DNA from: Chloroflexota bacterium
Lineage (GTDB): Bacteria; Chloroflexota; Dehalococcoidia; Lucifugimonadales; UBA3495
Direction of reading: 5' to 3'
DNA: 64,000 bases
Assembly (NCBI GenBank): GCA_028874075.1
Contig: JAPPLU010000049.1
Coordinates: 122,412-186,411, forward strand
In this document: positions 26,755 to 35,990 of the stretch, piece after piece
How positions within the stretch are numbered: position 1 is the stretch's first letter
Layout of the letters: the number at the start of each line of letters is the position of its first letter
Position numbers and translations under genes: made by a program
Notes under the pieces: generated by a model
The model's database searches: none
Told to the model about the DNA's origin: nothing
What the model saw: the letters and a program-made list of their open reading frames with translations, nothing else

Positions 26755-27855
26755 GTGCGTACCGATGACTTTGACTACCAACTGCCCCCGGAACTGATTG
26801 CCCAGACTCCTGTGGAACCCCGGGACGCCTCCCGCCTGCTGGCGCTGGATCGGGCTACCGGACGGGTGGAACACCGCCAGTTCACCGATATCCAGGAACT
26901 TATCCCCCCCGGCGCCGTGCTGGTGCTGAACCGCAGCCGGGTTATTCCCGCCCGCCTGTATGGCCGGCGCAAGGGCACAGGGGGGCGGGTGGAACTGTTG
27001 CTACTGCGCCGCGAGGAGGAAGGAGTGTGGCAGGCCCTGGGCAAGCCCGGCCGCAGCCTGCGCCCCGGATCGGTAATAAGGCTGGAAGCGCCAGCCACAT
27101 CCGGGGGATCCTCCCATGCGGGACCGGCGGCATCCCGAATCATTGCCGAAACTGCGGTGGTGGAGGCCGAGGTGCTCTCAGTTGGAAGCGACGGTATCCG
27201 CCGCCTGCGTCTCTCCGTCGAGTCCGGCATCGACCGGTTGGGAGAAATGCCCCTACCACCTTACATCCACCAGCGCCTGGAGGACCCTGAGCGGTACCAG
27301 ACCGTGTATTCCGACCGGCCGGGCAGCGCCGCCGCCCCAACCGCGGGGCTGCACTTCACGCCGCAATTACTGGAGTCCCTGAGCAGTAAGGGAGTAGAGA
27401 CCGCCTACGTAACCCTGCACGTGGGCCTGGACACCTTCCGTCCCGTCTCCGAGGACAACCCCCAGGAGCACGCTATCCACACCGAGTACTACGAACTTAC
27501 AGAGGATACTGCGGACGTCCTCACCCGTGCCCGGGCCGAGAACAGACCCATAATTGCGGTCGGCACTACCTCGGTGCGGACATTGGAGCAGGTGGGGAAG
27601 GACATGCAGGATAGTGGCACGGTGGGCGGTTACCCCATCCGAGCGGCCAGCGGGCAGGCCGACCTGTTCATTCTGCCAGGGCACAAATTCAGGTTGGTGG
27701 ATGGGATGATTACCAACTTCCACCTGCCCCGCTCAACCCTGGTGATGCTGGTATCGGCCTTCGCGGGGCGGGAGAACATCCTGGCGGCCTACCGGGAGGC
27801 CATAGTAGAGAAGTACCGCTTCTACAGCTTTGGGGATGCGATGCTGATCCGGTGA
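26755..27855 (+). CDS. queA: S-adenosylmethionine:tRNA ribosyltransferase-isomerase
   Basis: DFDYQLPPELIAQTPVEPRDASRLL, MPLPPYI, YQTVYS..GSAAAPTAGLHFT, AVGTTSVRTLE and FYSFGDAMLI are QueA blocks. GTG start at 26755. Confidence 0.9.
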   Translation: MRTDDFDYQLPPELIAQTPVEPRDASRLLALDRATGRVEHRQFTDIQELIPPGAVLVLNRSRVIPARLYGRRKGTGGRVELLLLRREEEGVWQALGKPGRSLRPGSVIRLEAPATSGGSSHAGPAASRIIAETAVVEAEVLSVGSDGIRRLRLSVESGIDRLGEMPLPPYIHQRLEDPERYQTVYSDRPGSAAAPTAGLHFTPQLLESLSSKGVETAYVTLHVGLDTFRPVSEDNPQEHAIHTEYYELTEDTADVLTRARAENRPIIAVGTTSVRTLEQVGKDMQDSGTVGGYPIRAASGQADLFILPGHKFRLVDGMITNFHLPRSTLVMLVSAFAGRENILAAYREAIVEKYRFYSFGDAMLIR

Positions 27856-28326
27856 CTACTGCTTCCTGTTGGGAGGTACGGGCGGTGGCTCAGCAAAATC
27901 CTCTCCCCGTTTCCCGGCCTCCACCATACGATCGTACCAAGCCTGCCATTCCTCGTTGGCCTCCTGCCGGCCTTCCTGCCGGCCCTTGGCCTCGCCGGCG
28001 TTAAACCGGTTGTTCAAGTATTTCTCCAGAATCAGCTTCGATAGCACCATATAAGCATCCACCGTACCTACGATGTAGATTCCCAGCGCCGCGGCCGCTA
28101 CGGCGTCGATCAGAATTGCCTTGACTGTTGCCGAGGTGGAGTCGTTTACCACGTAGTATATCTCATACCACACGGCCACGGCAGTGAGCAGGTTGCCGAT
28201 GAGAATCGCCGCCAGGATATGGAGGGAAAAGTCTTCAATCTTCTGGTACAAACCGCCGCCACCTCGCGCCGACGTATACCTGCGGGCGCAGGATAAAAGG
28301 TACACGGCGAAACACCTGACCGACAA
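27856..28326 (-). CDS. Small membrane protein with charged C-terminal tail; start uncertain
   Basis: Two hydrophobic helices (LHILAAILIGNLLTAVAVWYEIYYV, AVAAAALGIYIVGTV), then KGRQEGRQEANEEWQAWYDR...PPPVPP. Only TTG starts are available (28326, or 28250 with GAGGTGG upstream). Confidence 0.45.
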   Translation of the reverse strand: MSVRCFAVYLLSCARRYTSARGGGGLYQKIEDFSLHILAAILIGNLLTAVAVWYEIYYVVNDSTSATVKAILIDAVAAAALGIYIVGTVDAYMVLSKLILEKYLNNRFNAGEAKGRQEGRQEANEEWQAWYDRMVEAGKRGEDFAEPPPVPPNRKQ

Positions 28327-28365
28327 TAAGCCGGTGTCAGTAGTTATGCGAGGTATGGCAACTGG

Positions 28366-28728
28366 TCAGTTGGGGAACTGGAGCATCTGCAGTACGTTGC
28401 CGTCGGGGTCCTTGAAGGTGGCCACCCAACCGCCCCAGTGCTCCTGCTCCGGGGGGCGCAGGAACTCCACCCCGGCCTCGGCCAGGCGGCGGTGTTCCCC
28501 GTGGATGTCCAGCACTCCCAGGTGGGGCATCATTCGGTAAGGGTCCCTGCTGGCGCCGCTGACACCGTCGTGGATGCCGATGTTGAAGCGCATATTCTCG
28601 CCCAGCTGGAAGGAGATAAAGTCGCCGTGGTTGGAATGGAGAGGCAGTTGCAGCAGGTTGTGATAGAACCGGAACAACCGGTCAAGGTCGTCGGTCCACA
28701 GGGTGATGCCAACAACGCTGTTAATCAT
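28366..28728 (-). CDS. VOC (glyoxalase-fold) family protein
   Basis: 120 aa. VVGITLWTDDLDRLFRFYHNLLQLPL ... VATFKDPDGNVLQM is a typical VOC pattern. Confidence 0.65.
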   Translation of the reverse strand: MINSVVGITLWTDDLDRLFRFYHNLLQLPLHSNHGDFISFQLGENMRFNIGIHDGVSGASRDPYRMMPHLGVLDIHGEHRRLAEAGVEFLRPPEQEHWGGWVATFKDPDGNVLQMLQFPN

Positions 28729-28788
28729 GCTTCCTTGTCCCGCTGGAGAAGAGGGGAAGAGACGGTAGGAAAGGTATGAACCGCCCCT

Positions 28789-29241
28789 CTACGCGGGGGA
28801 GGCTTGCTCCCGCTCCTCTCGTTCCGCAGCGCAGCGACGGCACCACCCGTGGAAATCCACCCGCTGCCAGGCCACGTCGAAGTTGGATTCCTGGGAAATC
28901 AGCGATTTCAACCGCAGCACCGCTTCCTGGCCCAGGTGGGTGTCCACCACGTTGCCGCACTCGATACACACCAGGTTGACGTGGGGCTCCAGGTTAGATT
29001 CGTAGCGGGACAACTTGGCGAAGGGAAGTTCCTGTATCAGGCCGCTCTTTTCCAGCACCCCCAGGGTTGAATAGATGGTGGCCAGGGTCATCGAGGGGAA
29101 ATGGTCCCGTACTCGTTCGTAAATCTGCTGCACCGACGGGTGGTCGGTGGAGTTGAGTACGGCCTCGGCGATAGCCAGCCGCTGGGGCGTTACCCGTACC
29201 CCCCAGTCGCGTAACCAGGCCACCAGTTCTTGCTGTGTCAT
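28789..29241 (-). CDS. Fur-family metalloregulator (Fur/Zur/PerR type not resolvable)
   Basis: RVTPQRLAIAEAVLNSTDHPSVQQIYERV...TLATIYSTLGVLEKSGLI winged helix. CIECG and CRRC zinc pairs. ATG 29241; the track ORF extends to 29280. Confidence 0.8.
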   Translation of the reverse strand: MTQQELVAWLRDWGVRVTPQRLAIAEAVLNSTDHPSVQQIYERVRDHFPSMTLATIYSTLGVLEKSGLIQELPFAKLSRYESNLEPHVNLVCIECGNVVDTHLGQEAVLRLKSLISQESNFDVAWQRVDFHGWCRRCAAEREEREQASPA

Positions 29242-29326
29242 AACCGCTCCAGGACAGTAGTGGTACGGAGCCCGTCCCACACAGGCGACGTTCCAGGAAT
29301 TGTGCGTCGCCTTGCTAGTTCAATAC

Positions 29327-29344
29327 ATAGTGATAAACAACTAT
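29327..29344. promoter_or_regulatory. Possible Fur-box-like operator upstream of the Fur-family gene
   Basis: ATAGTGATAAACAACTAT is an inverted repeat ATAGT-N8-ACTAT containing the TGATAA hexamer, about 90 nt upstream of ATG 29241. Confidence 0.25.
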
Positions 29345-29430
29345 AACCCCCACGTAAAGGGGGACGCAAGTTAAGGCTTCACTCGGGCGGGTCAATTGGA
29401 CTTCAACTGCAGACCACGAGTCACGGTTCG

Positions 29431-29826
29431 TTATGCCATGGTGAACCAGGGAGACCAGAGCAGACGAAGGTTGGACCTGGGTTCCGGCGCCGGCAGTTCC
29501 CGCATAAGCAGGCAGTCGTACTTGCTCTCCCAGGCCCAGGGAAGCAGAGCCAAGAGCATCCTCCGGGGTTCGGGGACGTCGCCCGCTTCCCGCACCTGGT
29601 CCAGGTAGTTGTGCAGGTGCATCCAGGTGGTTAGCCGGAAACCTTTGTCGGCGATTCTACGAATAATCTCCAAAGGCTTGGGCGTTTCCTGTTGGTCGGC
29701 CACGGCCCGGGTGTAGTCGTAGTGGACCTCTTCGGTGACGCGGCGCATACGGTAGATGGCCAGTTCCTTGTGGTACTTGCGCTGGAGGGCGCGGATTTCT
29801 CTTCTGATTTCGCTGAGGGTTCTCAT
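29431..29826 (-). CDS. Hypothetical protein (131 aa, Arg-rich helical N-terminus)
   Basis: ORF with a strong RBS (AAGAGGAGACAACC-ATG). No motif recognised. Confidence 0.5.
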   Translation of the reverse strand: MRTLSEIRREIRALQRKYHKELAIYRMRRVTEEVHYDYTRAVADQQETPKPLEIIRRIADKGFRLTTWMHLHNYLDQVREAGDVPEPRRMLLALLPWAWESKYDCLLMRELPAPEPRSNLRLLWSPWFTMA

Positions 29827-29905
29827 GGTTGTCTCCTCTTTCTGTTTTGTCCACGAAGGGCACGTCCTTCGACTGGCTCAGGATGAGCGGGATAAAAGGA
29901 GATGA

Positions 29906-30108
29906 GAATTTTTTGAAAAGTGTCCCATCCTGTCCCATTTTGGGCCGTTCTTGCCGTCACCCCCGGCCCCTTCCGCCAGAGGTGGGCGTTCCGCACCGTC
30001 AAGGAGAAAGGGACTATTTGCCGGGCTGTCATGCGTGTCAGCCCTTACGGGGATTAGCCTATATTCTTAATGGTGGAGATGGGTTATGCAGGTTGGCAAG
30101 GGGGGAGC
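29906..30108 (+). promoter_or_regulatory. Conserved intergenic module, copy A (two conserved blocks flanking a REP-like hairpin)
   Basis: Block 1: GAATTTTTTGA...TGTCCCATCCTGTCCCATTTTGGGCC (29906-29946). Block 2: TATTCTTAATGGTGGAGATGGGTTATGCAGGTTGGCAAGGGGGGAGC (30062-30108). Both blocks recur with the same order and similar spacing at 39183-39395. Confidence 0.5.
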
Positions 30109-30372
30109 ATCAGTGATTTGGCGAGCAGAGCAATGGCAGGAGTGTACCACCTTTTCTCTGGTCATTGCAGAGCAGGCGAGGATCACGGTTCTACCCTGGC
30201 AAGGTTCCCGCCCACGGAGGGGAAGGACTGGCTCTGCCAAAGGGGCGCTAACCCGGCCTGGATAACCGCCAACCCGACAATGCTCAATGCAGCTACCGAC
30301 CTTTTGCGCTATACTACCTCCGGCACTCAACCGGTTAGTTACGTTGCAATTAATTGATTCAGGGAGCGTGGT

Positions 30373-31506
30373 ATGGACCTGGGTCTGACCGAAATTCAGC
30401 AGATGTTAAAGAGCAGCGCGCGGGAGTTCCTGTCCCAGGAATGCCCGCTGACGCTGGTGCGGGAAATGGAAGAGGACGACCGGGGCTACACCGACGAACT
30501 CTGGCGCCAGATTTCCGGTCTCGGCTGGCCCGGCATCGCCTTCCCCGAGCAATACGGCGGTACGGGAGGCAGCTTCCTGGACCTGGCCGTCCTGCTGGAG
30601 GAGATTGGGCGGTCCCTGACCCCTGGGCCCTTCTTTTCCACCGTGGTCCTGGGCGGCTTTACCGTGCTTGACGCCGGGACCGATACACAGAAGCAGTATA
30701 TCCTGCCCGGCATTTGTAGTGGCCAGACGCTGATGACCCTGGCCCTGACGGAAGCCACCGCCAGCTATGAACCCTGGGGTATTGAGACCACCGCCATCCG
30801 GGAGGGAGAGGGGTTCCGCATCGATGGGCAGAAGCTCTTCGTTCCCGACGCCCACGCTGCGAGCGTCCTGCTGGTGGCCGCCCGCACCTCTCAGACCCAG
30901 GACCCGGCCCAAGGTATCACCCTGTTCTTTGTTAACGCCGACACTCCGGGCCTGACCATAAACAAGCTAAGTACCATCTCTTCCGACCGTCAGTGCGAAG
31001 TGGTCCTGGATGGCGTTACCGTCCCCGCCCAAGCCGTGCTGGGCGAGGTGGATGGCGGCTGGCCCATTATCCAGCGGGCGCTGCAGCGCGCCGTGGCCGG
31101 CAAGTGCGTTGAAATGCTGGGCGGAGCCGATGCCGTGGTCGAGAGGACCGTGGAGTACGCCAAGCAGCGCACCCAGTTTGGCCGGTCCGTGGGTACCTTC
31201 CAGGCGGTCCAGCATCACTGCGCCAACATGGCCACCGACGTGGAGGGCTGCCGCCAGATTGCCTACCAAGCGGCCTGGAAAGTTTCGGAGGGGGAACCTT
31301 CAGAGAGGGAGGTGGCCATGGCCAAGGCCTGGGTCAGCGCTGCCTACCAGCGGGTCTGCAACCTGGCTCATCAGTGCCACGGGGCCATCGGCTTCACCAA
31401 GGAACACGACCTTCAGCTTTATACCCGCCGCGCCAAGGTCCAGGAACTCACCTACGGCGACGTCAACTACCACAAAGAACTGGCCATGCGCCAGATAGAG
31501 GGCTAA
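30373..31506 (+). CDS. Acyl-CoA dehydrogenase
   Basis: 377 aa with the typical ACAD layout: LGWPGIAFPEQYGG, TEATASYEPWGIETTA, QFGRSVGTFQAVQHHCANM, and the C-terminal YTRRAKVQELTYGD. Confidence 0.85.
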   Translation: MDLGLTEIQQMLKSSAREFLSQECPLTLVREMEEDDRGYTDELWRQISGLGWPGIAFPEQYGGTGGSFLDLAVLLEEIGRSLTPGPFFSTVVLGGFTVLDAGTDTQKQYILPGICSGQTLMTLALTEATASYEPWGIETTAIREGEGFRIDGQKLFVPDAHAASVLLVAARTSQTQDPAQGITLFFVNADTPGLTINKLSTISSDRQCEVVLDGVTVPAQAVLGEVDGGWPIIQRALQRAVAGKCVEMLGGADAVVERTVEYAKQRTQFGRSVGTFQAVQHHCANMATDVEGCRQIAYQAAWKVSEGEPSEREVAMAKAWVSAAYQRVCNLAHQCHGAIGFTKEHDLQLYTRRAKVQELTYGDVNYHKELAMRQIEG

Positions 31507-31722
31507 ATACCTGTCTCAAAACCTTCTACCCTCATTTTGGGGAAGGTCAAAGCGTGTCGTGAGCCTGCCAGAACAATGGGCGCAGCAGGTGGTAGCGGCG
31601 CACGGACGTGGTTCCCAATCCAGATACGTAGAGATTCGAGTGATAAAGACCGCCTTTCTACCTAACCCGTAGTCAAGAGCTTCATTCTCGATGAAAAAGC
31701 AATCTTTTCAAGGAGCGCCCCG

Positions 31723-32079
31723 ATGACCATGATTCCCGCCCGAAGTTCGCCCTTCGCCGCCATGGCCGGCGACCCGGCTCATCCCGACGTCATATACCGG
31801 GATGACCGCTGCTTTGTAGTGCGCGACATCAACCCCCAGGCACCGGTGCATCTGCTCATCATCCCCAATATGCCGATCAACGGCCTGGACTACATCAGCC
31901 CGGCCATGGAAGCCACCATGGGGCATCTCTTCGTAGTGGCTGCGGAAATGGCTCGCCGTGAGGGCGTAACGATCAGCGGCTATCGCCTGGTAGTAAACAA
32001 CGGCGGAGGCGCAGGCCAGACCATTGCCTGGCCCCACATGCATCTGCTGGGCGGTCGCGAACTGGGATCGATGGGTTAG
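31723..32079 (+). CDS. HIT (histidine triad) family nucleotide hydrolase/transferase
   Basis: VHLLIIPN and the histidine triad WPHMHLLGG. AAGGAG precedes the ATG. Confidence 0.8.
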   Translation: MTMIPARSSPFAAMAGDPAHPDVIYRDDRCFVVRDINPQAPVHLLIIPNMPINGLDYISPAMEATMGHLFVVAAEMARREGVTISGYRLVVNNGGGAGQTIAWPHMHLLGGRELGSMG

Positions 32080-32086
32080 GTCGCCA

Positions 32087-32719
32087 ATGCAACCGCGAAC
32101 CGGCGCCCGCCAAACTAATCCGACCTTACAGTCCCGCATTCAGCAGCGGGTAGAAACCCTGCCTGCCGGATTGCAGGCCCACATCGGCCGCGCCCAGGAG
32201 TTAGCCCGAGATCTGGCCCCTTACCACAACGTAGACCCGGAACGAGCGGCCCTGGGCATCCTGGCTCACGACGTTGCCCGGGCAATGCAGGGTCCGGAGC
32301 TGATTGCCCAGGCGACTCGCTTCCACCTGCCCATCAGGCCCGTGGAAGCAAACGCTCCATTGCTGCTGCACGGGCCCGTGGGAGCGGAAATCCTGCGGGT
32401 GGAGGACGGGCTGGCCGCCGAAGATGAGGAAGAGGACCTGTACCAGGCCGTCTACTGGCATACCACCTTTCACCCCACAATGGTAGACGAGATGGGCAAG
32501 GTGGTTTTCCTGGCGGACAAGCTGGACCCCAACAAGCGGAAGCGAATACCCTACCAGCCAGAGCTAATGGACCTGGCCCGGGAGAACCTTGACGCCGCCA
32601 TCCTAGAGTTCCTCACCCGCCAGGTGATTGACCTGACCGACCGGGGCAGGGAAGTCCACCCCATGATGCTGGAAGCCAGGGATGCCCTGGCCGGCAGGAT
32701 CAGCGGGACACTTCCTTAA
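32087..32719 (+). CDS. HD-domain phosphohydrolase, YqeK-like (Ap4A hydrolase family)
   Basis: ILAHDVAR, LLLHGPVGAEIL, AVYWHTTFHPTM and VVFLADKLDPNKRK follow the YqeK block order. ATG 32087 lies 8 nt after the HIT stop. Confidence 0.7.
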   Translation: MQPRTGARQTNPTLQSRIQQRVETLPAGLQAHIGRAQELARDLAPYHNVDPERAALGILAHDVARAMQGPELIAQATRFHLPIRPVEANAPLLLHGPVGAEILRVEDGLAAEDEEEDLYQAVYWHTTFHPTMVDEMGKVVFLADKLDPNKRKRIPYQPELMDLARENLDAAILEFLTRQVIDLTDRGREVHPMMLEARDALAGRISGTLP

Positions 32720-33461
32720 GGTGGGCTCCGGCCCCTGCAGAAAGCAGGGCAGTCAGGTGGGTGTACAGATAGGTTACGCCCTGGTCCAGGTAACCCAGGG
32801 TTGCAGCAGCATTGCCGGCCGACCCCGATATCTTGCCTCTGCCCCGCACCGTCGAGAACACGTGCTCCATCGCCTCCCGCACTATTGGCGTATCGGGCCT
32901 GCCCGGGTAGCCCAGGGACTGGGAGAGGTCTGACGGGCCGACGAAGTACACATCCACCCCCTCCACGCTCATGATCTCATCCACGTTCCTGACGGCCTCT
33001 CCCTCCTCCAGCTGAACGCATACCAGCGTCTCCCGGTTGGATTCTTCGGCGTACTCGGACATGGAGACGCCGAAGCCGTAGGAGGACGACCTGAGCCCGG
33101 CAGCCAGTCCCCGTTCGCCCAGGGGGTGATACTTGACGGCCTCCACCGCCCTCCTCGCGTCTGCCGCGTTGTTGACGTGGGGCACCTGCACCCCCATGAC
33201 CCCGCGGTCCATCAACTGGCAGATAGCCTCAAAGGAGTTCACCTGGGGCCTGGCTATGGGCGTGATGCCGGCCGCCTCCGCTGCCAGTACCATAAACTCC
33301 ACGCTTTCGATGGAAATGGAGCCATGCTCGCAGTCTATGAGTACCCAGTCGAACCCCAGCCTTCCCACCATATCAACGACATGGGGCGACGGGAACATTA
33401 CCGATACGCCGAACGCCGGTTCTCCGGCCAGCAGCTTCCGTTTCATGGGGTTGGAAAGCAT
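32700..33461 (-). CDS. HpcH/HpaI-family aldolase
   Basis: KRKLLAGEPAFGVSV...GFDWVLIDCEHGSISIESV...ITPIARP...DVYFVGPSDLSQSLG are typical class II aldolase (HpcH/HpaI) blocks. Confidence 0.8.
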   Translation of the reverse strand: MLSNPMKRKLLAGEPAFGVSVMFPSPHVVDMVGRLGFDWVLIDCEHGSISIESVEFMVLAAEAAGITPIARPQVNSFEAICQLMDRGVMGVQVPHVNNAADARRAVEAVKYHPLGERGLAAGLRSSSYGFGVSMSEYAEESNRETLVCVQLEEGEAVRNVDEIMSVEGVDVYFVGPSDLSQSLGYPGRPDTPIVREAMEHVFSTVRGRGKISGSAGNAAATLGYLDQGVTYLYTHLTALLSAGAGAHLKEVSR

Positions 33462-33478
33462 AAGTAACCTCTGAAAGG

Positions 33479-33524
33479 TCCCTTCCCCCTCTCTGGGAGG
33501 AAGGCTGGGATGGGGGTGGTGGCG
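33479..33524 (-). repeat. REP-like element, family 2 ('CACCCCCAYCCYAGCC + hairpin')
   Basis: The reverse complement CGCCACCACCCCCATCCCAGCCTTCCTCCCAGAGAGGGGGAAGG parallels the copies at 57549 and 63225. Confidence 0.5.
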
Positions 33525-33607
33525 CTCATTTTATAACAGACAATCATGGGACGCCCTCCTGGATTGGGGCTTTCGAAGCAATGACGATGACTTGTTCAGG
33601 GGGGTTA

Positions 33608-34579
33608 TTAAATGCCGTTGTAATTCACAAAGGCGTTCAGGGCTTCCATGGAGGTGTATTCGAAGCGAAAGTTCAGCGTTTGCTTAAGCTTGCCGGTGCT
33701 CATGATGATGGGATAACGGGTGAGGTGCAGGTTCCAGTAGCCGGTGGTCTGCTGCTTCCGTTTGGATGCCAACCAGTCTGCAGGATACGCCAGGAGGGGG
33801 GGCAGTTGGGTAAGCTTCCGGTTGGTGATGTCCGCCAGTTCCCGGAGGAAGACCACCCCTTCCCCGGCCACGTTGAACACCCCTTCGGCCTCCTGCTCTA
33901 TTACCTCTTCCAGCAGTTCCGCCAGGTCGACCTCGTGCAAGAATTGGTAAGGAGGATTGTCGCCCGCGCCCCAGAACCGGTTAGGAAATATTCGCTCCAC
34001 CCGCTGGTGGTCATCCGAGTACCCCAGCACCGGGCAGGTCCGGAGGATGGTAACCTTGGTTGGCTGCAGCTCGGCATCCTGCAGATTCTTAGAGAGGAAA
34101 TCCAGTATGGAAAGTTCAGAGACCACGCTGGCCTCTCCCAGAAAATCCCCCGGGCGGTCGCGGAGGGGAGCAGCCTCGGTCAGCGGTACGGGATTGTCGG
34201 GAAAGGCTCCGTAAACCGTGTGGGAGCTCAAAAAGATCGCCTGCTTTACTCTCGCATCCACGCAGGACTCCTGAATCGCATCCAAGGTAGTCTGGTCAAG
34301 AGCAGTCTCCTCGGCCCAGTCCTGGTAGGTGCTGGTGTGAGAATAGGCGCTGGCCAAGTGTACCAGGGTTTCCACTCGATGCCGTACCAGGAATTCCGTG
34401 ATGGGTTGCGACACATCGAACTGATAATAGGAGATGTTGTGGATGGGGTAGGGCAGGGGCTTCTTGTCGAAGGCAATAACCCTGCCTATGTTGGGATTGG
34501 ACTCCAGTTGCCGCAGCAACCTGCTGCCGATATAGCCGGCTGCGCCGGTGATGGCTACTGTCTTGGGGGGCCTCTGCAT
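33608..34579 (-). CDS. NAD-dependent epimerase/dehydratase (extended SDR), last gene of the hpn operon
   Basis: VAITGAAGYIGSRLLRQL Rossmann motif. The ATG lies 4 nt after the hpnE stop. Confidence 0.75.
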   Translation of the reverse strand: MQRPPKTVAITGAAGYIGSRLLRQLESNPNIGRVIAFDKKPLPYPIHNISYYQFDVSQPITEFLVRHRVETLVHLASAYSHTSTYQDWAEETALDQTTLDAIQESCVDARVKQAIFLSSHTVYGAFPDNPVPLTEAAPLRDRPGDFLGEASVVSELSILDFLSKNLQDAELQPTKVTILRTCPVLGYSDDHQRVERIFPNRFWGAGDNPPYQFLHEVDLAELLEEVIEQEAEGVFNVAGEGVVFLRELADITNRKLTQLPPLLAYPADWLASKRKQQTTGYWNLHLTRYPIIMSTGKLKQTLNFRFEYTSMEALNAFVNYNGI

Positions 34580-34583
34580 GAGT

Positions 34584-35975
34584 TCAGAGCCTCGAATTTC
34601 GGCTGACGGCCCGGGCGGCCTGTTGCCCGCTGCGTACCGCGCCTTCCATGGTAGAAGGCCAGCCCGTGTTAGTCCACTCCCCCGCCAGGAAGAGGTTGGG
34701 CAGGGGAGTTACGGGGCCGGGGCGCAGGCTGCCCGACCCTGGGAAACACCTGAAAGTCGCCTCTCGCTGCTTGACCACCGTCACATTCAACACGTTAGCC
34801 TTTCCGGCGGCAGGGAAGGCCGCTGCCATTTCCGCCAGGAATACAGGAGCCAGCTCCTCCCGGGGCATCCCAATAAAGTCCCAGGCGGCGCTAACCGAAA
34901 TGGTGACCAGCTGCCCGCCGCCGGCCGGGTCGCCGGCAATGGCGTTACGGTTGAACACCCACTGCAGCGGGCTGTCCACGAAGGCGCAGAGGGGCAGGGA
35001 CATTACCGGCCGGTCGTAGAGAACGTGCAGGTTGAGGATGGGCGACCATTCCAGCCGGCCAATGCGGCCGAAGAAATCCAGGTCCGCCACCTCCGGCGGC
35101 AGCAGGCGCAGAAGGGAGGAAAAGGGCAGAGCGCTGACGAACTCCCTGCCGACGATGCGCCGCCCTGAGGCCAGTTCCACGGCGGCCACGCTGTCCCAAG
35201 GTCCGTTGGTTGCAGGTTCGGGGGAAACCACCACACGCCGAATGGCGTCACCCAGCAGCAGGGTTGCGCCCCGCTCTTCCAGCAGCCTTCTTGCCGGTTC
35301 ACCTATGCTGGCCAGCAGGCCGTTCCGGGCGTAGCCCAGGTTGCCGCTTCTGGTTGAAGAGAGCATACCTTCCTGGACGATCATCAGGCCCATGGCGGCG
35401 CTGACTTCCCGCACATTGTCGTTCAGGGTAGGCTCTACCACCAGGTTCCAAAGGTTGTTGATGGCCCTTTCCGGCTGGCAGTTATTCCGGAGCCATTGGT
35501 AAAAGGTAATATCATCCAATTCGGGATCATCCCGGTTGGCGAATCCGGCTCGCGCCATTCCCCACACCACCTTTACCTTGTCCAACGGGGACAGGTGAGG
35601 ATAGGCCAGGAAGGAAGGCAGTAGATGCAGGGGCGAAGGCAGGCGGGACGCGGCCAGTTTTCCCTTCTTGCCGTTACGGCTGAAGACGGGAATGCGCAAT
35701 CGGTCCTGCAGGAACCAGCGGTCGTGTACCCCAAGTTGGTCCAGGAAAGCTATAAACTCCGTGCAGCACCCGACTATGACGTGCTGCCCGTTATCCAGGG
35801 TAAGACCGGTATTCACATCCGTGAAGGAGAAGGCACGACCGCCCAGGAAGTTGCGGGATTCCACCAGGGTGACCTTACGGCCGGCGTCCAGCAGTTCCAG
35901 CGCGGCGGCGATTCCGGCGATTCCTCCCCCAAGAATTACGACGCCGGACGGGAAGCCTGGATCAGAAGGAGACAT
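34584..35975 (-). CDS. hpnE: Hydroxysqualene dehydroxylase (FAD-dependent amine-oxidase fold)
   Basis: VVILGGGIAGIAAALELLDAGRKVTLVESRNFLGGRA dinucleotide-binding start. About 460 aa. Lies directly after hpnC-hpnD. Confidence 0.8.
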   Translation of the reverse strand: MSPSDPGFPSGVVILGGGIAGIAAALELLDAGRKVTLVESRNFLGGRAFSFTDVNTGLTLDNGQHVIVGCCTEFIAFLDQLGVHDRWFLQDRLRIPVFSRNGKKGKLAASRLPSPLHLLPSFLAYPHLSPLDKVKVVWGMARAGFANRDDPELDDITFYQWLRNNCQPERAINNLWNLVVEPTLNDNVREVSAAMGLMIVQEGMLSSTRSGNLGYARNGLLASIGEPARRLLEERGATLLLGDAIRRVVVSPEPATNGPWDSVAAVELASGRRIVGREFVSALPFSSLLRLLPPEVADLDFFGRIGRLEWSPILNLHVLYDRPVMSLPLCAFVDSPLQWVFNRNAIAGDPAGGGQLVTISVSAAWDFIGMPREELAPVFLAEMAAAFPAAGKANVLNVTVVKQREATFRCFPGSGSLRPGPVTPLPNLFLAGEWTNTGWPSTMEGAVRSGQQAARAVSRNSRL

Positions 35976-35990
35976 TGGGGGGGCGACCTG

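Noticed and set aside
30070-30357. 95-aa ORF (and 39374..39796 / 39256..39474 in copy B) as a conserved small-protein family, MGYA(G/R)WQGGS or MQ(V/G)GK(G/E)GA
   Set aside because: The two loci are similar only over ~45 nt, equally in every frame, and then diverge completely. Conservation is therefore at the nucleotide level. A leaderless mini-ORF is kept only as a remote possibility.
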